Assembly (NCBI RefSeq): GCF_009914755.1
Contig: NC_060939.1
DNA: 64,000 bases
From: the human T2T-CHM13v2.0 reference genome, Homo sapiens
Direction: 5' to 3' (one strand)
Made by a program: the position numbers and the translations under genes
The notes under the pieces: generated by a model
Databases searched by the model: none
What the model was told of the DNA's origin: nothing
Seen by the model: the letters and a program-made list of their open reading frames with translations, nothing else
Shown here: positions 1 through 14,432 of the stretch, piece after piece
How positions within the stretch are numbered: position 1 is the stretch's first letter
Layout of the letters: every line of letters starts with the position of its first letter

Positions 1-308
1 AGTGGACCCTGGTCCTAGTTCTGGGCAATCAGAGTGAGTCCTTGGATCATTTCCTGACCCTCCCTGTCCCTATATCAGTAAGTCAGGGTAGCCACCTAGA
101 GTGACGGCAGTTGCCAGGCAGGTGATTTGACAAAGAGCCCTTGTAGGAAGCATGGGGATTGGAAAGCGTGAGTTCTGGTCAAAGGGGACAGTCACAAAGA
201 AGCTTGGGCTCATTTTTGTCATGTGCAAATGTGTGCCCAATGTCTCCAGAAAATTGGGTTTTACAAAAGAAAGCTTATTTCCAGATATTTTTTAAAAAGT
301 GGACTCAA

Positions 309-545
<237 letters not shown>

Positions 546-934
546 GTAAAAAGAGTGGACTCTACTAACTTTGTATGTTATTAATGAATTCATTTTTTGT
601 AGCACGGTGTGGGCCTAACAGACTCATCTGTGAGCTGGATGCAGCCTCTGGCTGCCAGTTTCAGCCTGTCTTGTAAATTGTCATTTGCAATGTGTTTTAA
701 TTCAACAAGCATTTGCTTATTATTCATTTTTGCAAATTTCATTTTTCTCCTGCAAACAGAGATACTAATCTATTCTGCGATTCCATAGGCTTGAGGGTGA
801 GGGAGAAAGTTGGTATTGTCTAGAGCAGAGTTTGGCAAACATTTTTTGTGGTGTAACTCTTTTTTTTTTTTTAATGAAATCTTCTTCACTTGAGACTCCA
901 ATACATAAAGCACATAAAAGTGATAAATGGGCTC

Positions 935-2280
935 TTTCATTTCCATAGTGGAAATTGACTTTTTTCTCTCCCCCGTTATATAAATAATACATGTTTGTTG
1001 GGGGAAAAATAAAACAATACATAACAGTATAAAGAAAAAAGGGGGATGGGGCAAGCCCGTGAAATCAGACCTCCTGGCAGGGTCACCATTAACCCTTCCA
1101 ACCATCATGATTTTGTGTATGTCCTCATGCACACACATATCTGTGTACACACACACATAACATTTACACAAGTGGGATTGTGCTGCATTTACTGTAGACT
1201 TCATTTTAAATGCTCATTTAGGTTCTCATTTTTTTTTTGCTTGTTTCTCCCCCTCCTCTCTTCTATCTCTTCACTCACTCTCCCCACTTCTCTCTTTACA
1301 CCCCATGCCCAATATATGTTAAGAACCTAATGGGTATTTTTCCATTCTGCTCTCTATGTCTATGGTGTCTATGTCTATGTCTGTGTCTGTGTCTGTGTCT
1401 ATGTCCCTATGTCTATGTATCTATGCATCTATCTGATCTATTTACGTATACCACGAGTGTGAGTAAAATCAGATTTGAGGGATCATTGCTTTTGAAAAAC
1501 AAATGAGATAGCCTCATGCATACTACCCTGAACATTGCTGTCCTCAGTCAACATGGAAACTGATGCACAAACTCATTTGCCGCTACACAGGTATTGTATC
1601 CTGCATAGTATATTGATGCACCTTATTCAACATCCCCTTTACTGACACACATGCAAGTTGTTTCTGGTTTGGAGCCACTACAAATACACTGTAATAAACA
1701 TTCTTGTCCATAAAATTTTATGTTTTGGTGCATTTTTTTCTAAGGTTAGAATCCGAGAAGTGAGATTATAGGATCAAAGAGTATGTTTTTAGTTTTAAAA
1801 CATATAGTCAGATTGTTTTCTAATGATTTAAAACAATTCCCTGGCTTCCCTGAATGCTTACCAGAAAGATGGTTTACAATTCATTTTAATTTTCTCAGTC
1901 TGGTGGGCTGAAAATGATAATACACTATTTGTCTTGCAATTCTCTGACTTCAAAGGGTTTTGAATATCTCTTCGTAGGCTGATTAGCCATTTGGCTATGC
2001 TTTTCTGTAATGGGTATTCTTAGCCTTTTAAAAATTAATTTGTACATTATAGATATTAATTTACTATCTACCATATGCATTGAATTTTCTCTAGTCTACC
2101 ATTCATCTGCTGAATTTATGATATCCAGCTTCTCTGTGAAATTGCAAATAGAAATCAGTTGCTTTCAGTTTGAAATATTTTACCATGTAAAATTAAAATG
2201 TATATTTAAAGGAATTTGCTTATCTTTTATTAGTTCTGATTCTTTGTCTCATTTAAAGAGGTTTCCTCATGACTATATGG
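935..2280 (-). mobile_element. Ancient L1 (L1ME-like) 3' remnant
   Basis: Degenerate antisense L1 3' motifs (ttgtttctggtttggagccactacaaatacactgtaataaacattcttg; gtgagattataggatcaaagagtatg); boundaries approximate. Confidence 0.5.
1352..1440. repeat. (TCTATG/TCTGTG)n hexamer microsatellite
   Basis: Directly visible tandem units. Confidence 0.9.
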
Positions 2281-2319
2281 ATATGTGGTGAGAAACAATA
2301 GGAGCAATAGTGGTTATTG

Positions 2320-2852
2320 ATAACTAGCTGGCTATTGCTATACAACAAATTATGTCAAAACTCTGCAGCTGAAAAGCAACAGCACTAGTTGTCTTGAAGT
2401 TCTGTGGGACAGAATTCTGGCTGTGGCTTAGCTGAGTCCTGCTTGTGGGTGTCTCACGATGCTGCAATGAAGCTGGAGGCTGGGGCTGTATTCATCTCCT
2501 GGCTTTACTGGGGAAGGATCTCCTTCCAAGCTCATGTGGTTGTAAACAGGATTTAGTTCCTTGCTGGCTGTTGGCCACAGATCACCCCCACCCAGGCCAC
2601 CCTACATGGGCCTCTTCATAGGGCAGCTCAGTACAAGCAAGCAGGAAGGGTTAGCGAGAATGCTAGCCAAGAGGAAAGTCATAGTCATAGTCTTCTATAG
2701 CTGAATCTTGGAGGTGACATCAATCACTTTTGCTATATTCTATTCACTGGAAGCAAGTCACCAGGTCCAGCCCACACTGGGGAGGAGATTACATAGGATG
2801 TGAATACGAGGAGGTAGGACCCATCGGTGGCTGTCTTAGAAACCTGTCTGCC
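2320..2852 (-). mobile_element. MaLR MLT1-type solo LTR
   Basis: Antisense MLT1 hallmarks (gctattgctatacaacaaattat..., aagcaagtcaccaggtccagcccacactggggaggagatt). Confidence 0.8.
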
Positions 2853-2920
2853 AGAGAGAGAGAATTACGTCAGTGTATGCGCTTCTATTTTTAGAGGAAG
2901 ATAGTTTTGTCCTAAAGTAG

Positions 2921-3276
<356 letters not shown>

Positions 3277-4274
3277 CAATTTATTTTTATGATAAATTAT
3301 TGCACTTCTTTCTATCTATGTTAATAAACATGCCTTTAGGCACCTACATTAATCCAAAGGCTGAGTTTGAGAACCCTTGGACTAGAAGTTTCTTTCTGGT
3401 TTTCAAACTCTGCAGCACTTTTCCAACCAGAAATTGACTTTCAGATGCAGCGGTGCCCAACAAAGTGCACTTCATCCATTACAAACGCGTCTTTATCATC
3501 TAATTAAGCTGCTTAGGATTTAGTGAACAGAAAACCCATAACTGTGCTTTATTCCCGCATTCATTACGCAGATGCTGCCTGATACGCTTTTTGAAGCTGA
3601 TTCACTGACTCTATATTTTCATTTCAAAAAAAAGGCTTTAGCCTTGTGGAAACTACATCAAAATAAAAACTCAGCTTAGCAATAGGCACAGAAACGTGAG
3701 ACTTAAACTCCAATGAAATCAAAGATTGCAGTTAACACAGATATTTTCTTGGGAATTAAATGTTTACTCAAAAGCACAAAATTAACATGGAAGGGCATTA
3801 TTATGTATTTATAATTGTGTTTATATGCATGTTTTTATCTCTGTTTTACTTGATGAAAATACAAATAACCAATATAAAATGTTATTTGGAAGCTACCTAG
3901 AGTACCAAGAAGAGAAGAGAGAATTTCCTTTTAAGGGAGAAAAAGCATCCATATTTAGGATGGTTTATGCTATACTGGAAGGGAAAACAAAAGGTTCATG
4001 AAACATATGATGGGAAATGTTTTATCATAAAAAGCAGTCTTTGTTCATTGAAATCAATTATGCTACTTTAAATCATTTCAAAAATATATCATTTGCATAA
4101 TTAAGCTAGTAGTATAGACATCAGATAAACAGAGAGGTGACAGATGTATTTCAGAATTAAAGTAATCAGAAGCTAAAAAGTCATGTTAGAAATTTTCATA
4201 AACGTGTGTTTTCTTGTTACTCACAGAATACCTGACCAACGAATGCTGTCAAATGCATATACTCAATATTCATT

Positions 4275-5012
4275 CTTTTTTACAATTACAGCTTTATTGA
4301 ACTATAACTGATGAACAATCAATTTTACATTCTGAAGTGTACAATTAGATGTTTGACATACACACACAAAACCAACAGCACAATAAAAATAATACATTTT
4401 TATATCAACCCCCAAAGTTTTTTTGTGCCCTTTGTATTTATCCTCCTTCAATTGCCCTGGTCCTCCACCCCACTCTGTCTCCAGACAGCCACTGATCTGC
4501 TTTCTGACATCATAGATTGGTTTGCATTTTCCAGAATTTTCTAGGAATTATTCCATATGTATTACTTTTAATGGCAAAACCCGCAATTACTTCTGCACCA
4601 ACCTAATATTTTGTTGTTATTGTCTGGCTTATTTCACCAGCATAATTATTTTGAGATACAACCGTGCTATTGTGTTTATCAATACCTTTGTTCCTATTTT
4701 ATTGCTGAGTCTATAGTAAGAATATTCCAAAATTTATTTAGGTATTTGCCTGTTGAACATTTGGGTTGTTTCCAGTTTTCAGCTATAAATAAATAGAACT
4801 GCCATTAACATTCATATACAAGTGTTTGGTGGACATGTGCTTTCATTTCTTTTGGGTAAATATTTAACAGTGGGATGGGTGGATTGTACGGTGGAAACAG
4901 GTTTAACTTTTTACTAAACTGTCAAACTCCATTTTCTAAAGTGGTTGCACCATTTCACATTCCTACCAGCAGGGTATGAGAGTTCTAGTTTCTCCATATC
5001 CCTGCCAACATT
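4275..5012 (-). mobile_element. Old L1 (L1MD/ME-like) 3' end
   Basis: acagctttattgaactataactg...ttgggttgtttccagtttt...gtggttgcaccatttcacattcctaccagca are antisense L1 3' motifs. Confidence 0.75.
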
Positions 5013-5194
5013 CATGGAATAAATTACAGCAATGTATATTTCTTGGTGTATATAGAATATCTTACCAACTAATGTTGTCAAATGCACACAGTCCCCTTTT
5101 ATTTTTAATTCAGTGAGGCTCAAAAGGGTCCTATTTTAATTTGAAGAGTTTCTTTTTTGCAAACCAGCACCACAGATTTAGTGAGTGTGAGTAT

Positions 5195-5400
5195 GGGAGT
5201 TGCATTAAGAGTGTGGGCTTTGAAATCAGATTGTCTGTCAAAATTCGAGTTCTGTTACTAATAACTGTCTCACCTCACTTTCCTCAGCTTTAAAACTCAT
5301 TTAATAACAGTGTCTATCTTACAGGGTTTGGGAGAAGATAAATATTTTAATGCATGTAAGCCACCGTGCACTGGGCATATGGCAATTAATAAATGTTACA
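5195..5400 (+). mobile_element. MIR
   Basis: ttaagagtgtgggctttgaaatcaga...ataacagtgtctatcttacaggg...aataaatgtta. Confidence 0.7.
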
Positions 5401-5564
5401 TATAATGCAAATGAGCTATATATAGTCCTTTGCAGTTACTAGGAAAAAAATAGTTCTTGAGCTCTCATCTTAGGGATTATGAGATTATTTGTAAAGTAAT
5501 TTGATCTCAATTTTTACAAATAACTGTTTACTGACTTTAAATAATATATGTTCATTGCAGAGAA

Positions 5565-6705
<1,141 letters not shown>

Positions 6706-8835
6706 CAGAGAATAGGATTGAATAGACACAGATAAGACTTTGTCTGACACATTGCAGGCAAGGCCATGCCACGTACAGTGAAGGTTGTGCCCTGGAAGTG
6801 TCATTTGCACAGACTGTGAGAAAATAACCCTTGGAGTCGTGCAGCACCGTGGTCGTGGTCAAAGGCATGCAGTTAATGACCGCAGAAAATCACTTCCGCC
6901 CTCTCTTTCACAATTTACAGATCTGCTCATTCTTCATAATGCTAAAACTGCCTCTTGGGCTCTCTTTTGTCCCGAAACTGGAAGTTAGAATATGTAGAGA
7001 TTATACTGCTCTCAGATATTCTTTGTTTATCCATTTAAAAAACTTCTTAGGGCCAATGCGTGAGCTGGAGAAGGATTTTTTTTTTAATTGAATGACTTTG
7101 TGTATTTATACATACAACCAAGTCAAGGGACCCTAGTGCTCGAATATCCTACAATGTGAGTGTAAGAAGCAGTGTGTCTCCCTCCAAAGCAAAGCAAAGC
7201 AAAGAGTGGCTGTCAATTAACGCAGACAGAAAATTTTAATTTTTTCTACCTCTCCATTATACAGGCCCTTTTCTCACTGTATTGAATCCTGAATTTATGA
7301 GTTTTTGTCCCCCTTTCCTTGTCTCTGTTTTTATGAATGTGAATAAAGAGCAGTGCAAAGTTAACAAACCCACAAACATTCACTCATTCAACAAATAGTT
7401 TTGAGCATTTCCTACCTGGGAGCCAGGCACTGTTCCACATATCAGGAAATACATTGAGAAACAGATCAGACAAGTTACTGTCCTCATGGACCTTCCATTT
7501 ATGTGAAGGAGGTGGATGCTACCCAAAGAAAACAGCAAACACATAATATAACATCAGGGAAGGACACATATTGTTTTAGAGGTGTCCCAAGCTGTCTCTC
7601 CCTCACCAAGAGTCCTCTCTTCACTGTGAACCTGAATAAGCTATTTTAAACAGACTCTGTAAGCTCAAAAACAGGAAAAAGAAATTTCATTTCAGTTTTA
7701 GTTTATTGATTTTACCTAGCCCCCTGTCAGATTTCTCTGGCTTTTAAAAAATATAATTTTGCAGCTAATGCAGCTGGCAGTGAACGCAAAGCTACTGTTT
7801 GAAGGAATCTGAAAAATGCTGTTTGTGGAAGTGTGAGGGACTAACTAATATTTCCAGTGGCTTCCAAGGGAGTAGAATGTGTTAGGGAAGATGCCAGGAG
7901 GAATGGATGGGGAGCTATTCCAGAAGCTTCATGTGGAGCTGCCTCTGTTCTTTGAATTCTTCCCCATAGATTACGACACAATTAAAAATTCTGTTTCCAT
8001 CCTCTTGCAACTTGTAAGAGGCCTGAGGGGACTCTTCTACAGGGCACTTTGAACATATATGGCAAGATAATTTATTGAAACATGAAAATTGCACATAAAA
8101 TCTTCCTATGTTTTTTTTGTGCCCAATTTGATTTCAGGAAGGTAGTTGGGCTAGCAAGGCAGAAGCTGCCTAAGTGCATGGCTCTCAGGGTGTCCGTTGT
8201 AAAAGTCGCAGCTCACTGACGTGATCGCACAGAGTGAATGGGAGGCTGAGGGGCATGGGGGAGTTGGGAGAGGGAGGAGAGTTCTAGACATTGGGAAGGG
8301 GTGGGCCCTGTCTCTGGGCAGTGCCCTGGCATAGGTGGCAGCACCTCATAGTGCAATGGCAGCACCCAGGTAGGCCAAACCCTGTGAGAATTCTCTGACC
8401 CCTGCCACTGGGCTTGTGCCCAAGCAGGAAATGGAAGCTGCAGGACCAGCCCTTCTGGAGGCCCCACGGGTTTGGGCAATGGCTGTGTTAAGGCCCTTCT
8501 CCAATGCCTGGGTCATTTGTCAGACCCTGGCAATCATTGCACAACACTAGGGGGGGTACCCTAAGAATAATGGACTTAAATTTCCTACCTACTGGGGAAG
8601 CAAGAAGATCTAAAATGGAATTATTTTATTTAATATCATAAACAAGATAGTTTTTGCACTACTGATTTTATGCATGAATTCTTATTTGCATATTCATATC
8701 ATTCACTCATCCATTCACTCAGGATAGAGTTAATCTATAATGGCTACATACCAGCCCCTACAACAGATGTCCTTGATTCAGAAATGACTAAGAGAAGGTT
8801 TCTTATCCTAAGTGAGAAACAGCCAAATTAACAAG

Positions 8836-9673
<838 letters not shown>

Positions 9674-10985
9674 ATTACAAGAAGTGAATGAAATCAAAGG
9701 TGTTCTGAGATATAGCAAAGTATTATTTTAGTATAAGGGAGTAGAGAGTAGCAGATAGAAAATTGTACCTGGAGTAGGTTCAAGAAGGGCTTCCACCAGG
9801 AAGTGATGCTTGGCCCAGATTTGGAAATGCAAGTCGATGACGAGGACAGGGAAATGGCCTGGTGCATTCAGGAAGTGCCAAGAGTTCTCCTGAGGGTGCA
9901 GTGCAAGGTGAGGGGTGCCATGGGGGGGAAGAGCCCGAGGAGAAGGAGGGGCCACTGGGGAATTTCTCTGCATTTCTGACCAAGCCCAGATCTTCCCGGT
10001 TCTACTGTGATTCCAACCACTTGTCCCTGTTCTGCCTTCTGGAGTCACACGAATCACACCCCTCTCTTCTCTGGAGAGAGCATGCATTTTCCTCTATGTA
10101 TTCAGCCTCTCCCTCCCACCACCTCAACATTATAAACCCTTCCTCAAAGGGTTCCCTGTTCCTGTTTTTGCTGCTTCCTGTTCTAAATGGCCTCCAAAAC
10201 AGAAGCAGATCTGACTGAAGCAGAGCTCAGTGGGCTTTCCCCAAGTGTCTTCCTAACCCCTAGGACAGGTCAAGAACAGGGATGCTGAGCCCCAGTACTT
10301 TGTTGTGAGGCCGTGGTGCCATCAATGTCACAGTGGCCCCAAGGAAAAGCATGGGCGTGCTCATTGGACCTTCACAGTGACCCTTCCTGGGGTTCAGGGA
10401 TGGGGATGGGGAGGTGGAGGGACAGTGGCCCTGGATCCATCCTTAAGGAACAGCAACTCAGGTGGCTGATCACACAGCCCCTTTCTCCACCAATGCCCAT
10501 AAGGGCAGGTCTTGCGTGGGATTGCTATTCATTCACTTATTCAACAAATGCACACTGATACCTGCTCTGTGTTAGGCATCGCCGTACTGTCTGGGACTAA
10601 GGCATGAAGCAGACCTGATCTCTGCCCCAAAGTTCATTCCAGTCCTTTAAGAGGAAGGGACAGGTTTGTAAAGAAGCCTCCCCAGTGACCCTTGAGTGAC
10701 ATCATGACCACTTATCAGGCTCTGAATCCATAGGGCAAGGGACATCACCGCATCTGGGCACCCTCAGCAAGCTGTGACCTTCAGGGTTAACAACAGTGAG
10801 TGTTCTCATGGATGTGTCCTGTAGCAGCCACTGTCCTAGATGCTTTCCACGGGTCCACTGATGCAGCCTCTTACAACCCTGTGAGGTGGGTGGAGTCCTC
10901 CCCATTGTATGATGTGGGGAGGTAGCAGGGAGAGGACTCTTAGGGGTCCCAGACTTCCTGGGCAGCAGGGTGCTGTTGGGTGCTG

Positions 10986-11520
10986 ATTAGAAGAAAACAT
11001 AGGGGAAAATCTCCATGGCATTGGTCTGGGTAGTGATTTCTTGGATATGACCCCAAAAGCATAGGCAATGAAAGCAAAAAGAGAAAAGTGGGATTGCACC
11101 AAACTAAAAGCATATGTGTGCACAGTCAAGCAAGCAATCAACAGATTGTTTGGGAATGAGAGCAAGAGGAGTTTTAAAAAAATAAAGTAAAAAAAAAAAA
11201 AAGAGCAAAGAGACAACCCACAAATTAGGAGAAAAAAATGGATAAAGGGCTAATATCCAAAATATACAAGAAACTCAAACAATTCAATTAAAAAACCCTA
11301 TTTAAACATGAGCAAAAGACCTGAATAAACATTTCTGATAAGAAGACATTATAAAATGACCAACAGGTATATGAAGAAATGCTCAACATCTCTAATCATC
11401 AGAGAAATGCAAATCAAAACCCAATGAGATATCACCTCACATTTGTTTGATTGGCTATTGTTAAAAAGATGCAAATAGCAAGTGTTGGTGTGGATGGGAA
11501 GAAAAGAGAACCCTTGTGGA
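10986..11520 (+). mobile_element. L1 (L1MA/PB-like) ORF2 C-terminal fragment without 3'UTR or polyA
   Basis: agaagaaaacataggggaaaatctccatggcattggtctggg...gaaatgcaaatcaaaacccaatgagatatcacctcac. Confidence 0.9.
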
Positions 11521-11522
11521 TT

Positions 11523-12395
11523 GTATCTTTTTTATCCTTACTTAAAAATAAAACACATATATAAATAGACACATCTCTTTTATGCATACATAATACATAT
11601 ACATATATTCAAATAACTTCAGGTTTTGTTATTATTTTCACCCAGATTTACTCATCTTATATACTCTGCATCTTGATTTTATCCTTCAATAATAAATACT
11701 TTATGGGGGTTCTCTTACTCAACTTCTGTACCCCTATTTATTTCTAATGACTACCAACTTTTATTACATGATGTAGCTGTACTGTAGATTATTCCATTAT
11801 CCTATTAGTATGACCATCAAAGGGCACTCATTTTATTTTTCCTTTTTTTGTCACATTAACAATACAATAGTAAACATCCTTGTGTATATTATAGCATTTA
11901 TTTCTGTGAGATTGTTTCCCAGCAGTGAGATTTTCAGTTAAAAGAATGTTTTAAAATTTTAGAGCTATTTCAAGTTGCTTACCCTAAAAGGCTATAATAA
12001 TGTCCGTTTCTAACTATTTCTAAGGATATCCTTTTCCCCACAATCCAGCCAACAATAGATGTAATTAATTTTTAAATTTTGGCAATTTCATGGATACTGT
12101 TGCTGAATATTTTCTTGACTACTGTGTTCAAATAACTTTGATTATGCTTCTTGGGCATTTGGATTTGCTTTGAATTGTCTGCTTAAGTTCCTTGCTCATT
12201 TTTCAAGTGCTTAATGTTTGTCTTCTTCATATAAAATAGAAATGATTATTAATCCTTTGTCATCTCCATTACAAAGAATTTGCCAAATCTATTGTGTATA
12301 TCACATTTGACAAGCTTTTTTCATTTCCTCTTCAACAGTTTAAATGTTTTATAGATAATTCTGTTTTCTCATAGTTTCTGGATTTTCTCTTATAA
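11523..12395 (-). repeat. Ancient L1 remnant forming the inner continuation of the left arm
   Basis: 11523-11790 matches the reverse complement of 19880-20150 (shared tctgcatcttgatttt, tctaatgactaccaa); 11790-12395 matches 18930-19530 directly. Confidence 0.85.
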
Positions 12396-13483
12396 AAATT
12401 ATAGATTTTTAAGTCATTTGGTACAATAAAATTGCAGAGCAAAAGGGATAATCTATATATCTTACCCCATTTCCACTTTTGAGTGCTTAGTTGTAGGTTA
12501 GAGGGAATCCATTGATTTGGTATATTTGTCTTGTATCTAGCCACATTATTCAAATTTTCATTTTAGTTTTCTAAGTATGCCATTATATAATCATTAAACT
12601 TTTCAAAAAAATCTCTTAATGCTTAACAATTGGTATGCAAATTTTCTGGCTTATTAATTCATGAAGATTATGTTGAGAGATAAACATAACCACATGTTTA
12701 GTTCCAAATTTTATTTTAAAATGTTGAATACTTTGCAATTGATCCCATATCTCCTAAGTTTTGGGCTAATTTGTTATGTACCAGTAGATAACTAATTTAT
12801 CTACTTATCTATTAACTAATGCACCAGTAGATAATACTAACCTTGCCAAACATGGTTAGCCTTATAGTACAAATTGGGGACCATTTTCTCTAATTTCTAT
12901 TCTTTGATGAACTTTGTATAAGATTAAAATAATTTATTCTATGCATGTTTGGTGAAAACTGTCAGAGAATGGTATTGGCCTTTTCTTTTTGTTGTAGCAG
13001 ATTTTTAACTGTTGCTCCATTTTGTTGAATGGTTAAAGGACTCTTCTGGTAATAATTAAGAAGGTTGTCTTGCTGACTTTAGCCTGCTATATCCCATCTT
13101 TAGATATTTTGTGGGTTGTTACTGTTAGCCCTATCCACACTAATTAACCAATCAATCAGAGGTTGGTAACCACTCCCGGTACCAAGTCAATTATTTCAGA
13201 CTTACTCACTGGGAAGTAATGAATATAGGATATCAGAGCAGTTTTGTGTCTACAAACCTCCTTGAGTTCAGAATGTAGGAAAGATATATTTTGATTTTTT
13301 TCCAATTTACTTTTTACTTTTTAAATTATATTTTTATGTTTTCTCCTTTATTGTTTCAAATTTTGCTTTTCAGATTCAGGTCTTTAGTCCAGCTGGAATT
13401 AATCTTCCGCATGCTGTGGAAAAGGTGAACAGTTGCATTTGTACATTTGAAGAAAATGCACTACCTGAGTGAACACTCAGGGA

Positions 13484-14025
13484 GGGCGGCGGCTGGGGCG
13501 GTTTCAGCAGTGGGGTCCTCGCGGGGTCCAAGGCCTGTCCCTGTGCCCAGTGCCAGCCCGGTGCGGGGCAGGACCGGAACTCATTCTCTAGCACCGCTGG
13601 CGACTGGCCCAGCCCTCCAGTACCACCGCCCCGTCCCCTCCCCAACCAGTTCCCGCGGGGACCAACAGGACAGAAGAAGCTGGCAGCTGCGCGGGGCAAG
13701 GCTGGGGACTCAGATTCCAGGTGTTTCAGGTTGTAGCTGCCCAGCCGGCAAGGTAGGCGCTGAGAGGTGCGGCAGACGGTGGAGAGTCGTCAAGCGTCGG
13801 GTATCACCCAGGAAGGGTGAGGGTGGCTCCGTGGCACACGTGCCCCGGATCAGCCCATGCAAGAAGCCCTCGGATTTTATGTCTGGAGTAGAAGGCAAAG
13901 CCACAGAGGCCACACCGCAATGTGGACCACTGCCTCCAGACTGCCTGCACGGTCCTCTGAGGAAACCTCCCAGGGCGCTCACCCATCGTTGGGGACACTA
14001 TGACCGGGCAGCAGTGATCTCGAGG
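13484..14025. promoter_or_regulatory. CpG island-like segment with GC boxes
   Basis: Dense CpG, unlike the CpG-depleted flanks; GGGGCGG ~13495, CCGCCCC ~13626, CACGTG 13837-13842. Confidence 0.7.
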
Positions 14026-14344
14026 CTCCCAGAGCTGCTGCATGTCTAAGGGACAGTGTGGAGATGGGCCTGGCCGTCTGCTTGCCGCAATTCTTGCTGT
14101 AAGTGGCTCATCTAGCCAAGCTGGACTTTTTTGAGTGTTTTATTATCAGCCTAGCATTCTGGCAATGGCCACTCCAGGGAGAACAGGTTCTGGAAGCGTG
14201 TACCGCCAGCTGTTTTTGCCAGTGCCTGTCCAGGACAGCTCTTCCCAGCACCGAGAGCCACAGCTATCCTTTCACCTATCCTTTCCAATGACATAGCATC
14301 CTAGATCTTGCTTCTGCTCCATTGCCTTGTTTTCCTGACCCCAT

Positions 14345-14432
14345 GTTATTTATTCAGGCGGAATCCACGGGTTCTCCTTTGTCCCCACGTTATTTCTTCA
14401 GGCGGAATCCACGGGTTCTCCTTTGTCCCCAC
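14345..14432. repeat. 44-bp tandem duplication (2 copies, 1 mismatch)
   Basis: gttattt(a/c)ttcaggcggaatccacgggttctcctttgtccccac x2. Confidence 0.97.

Noticed and set aside
13285-13352. Copy B as a processed retrocopy with a decayed polyA tail
   Set aside because: A strong intron acceptor precedes the large exon at 16802 and no TSD was found; the A-rich tract is ambiguous
13447-14049. 200-aa plus-strand ORF as a real gene
   Set aside because: Non-ATG start, R/P/G/S composition expected from GC-rich DNA, overlapping ORFs on both strands, no recognisable domain
14345-14432. CRISPR-like or minisatellite array
   Set aside because: Only two adjacent copies with no spacers, in eukaryotic DNA
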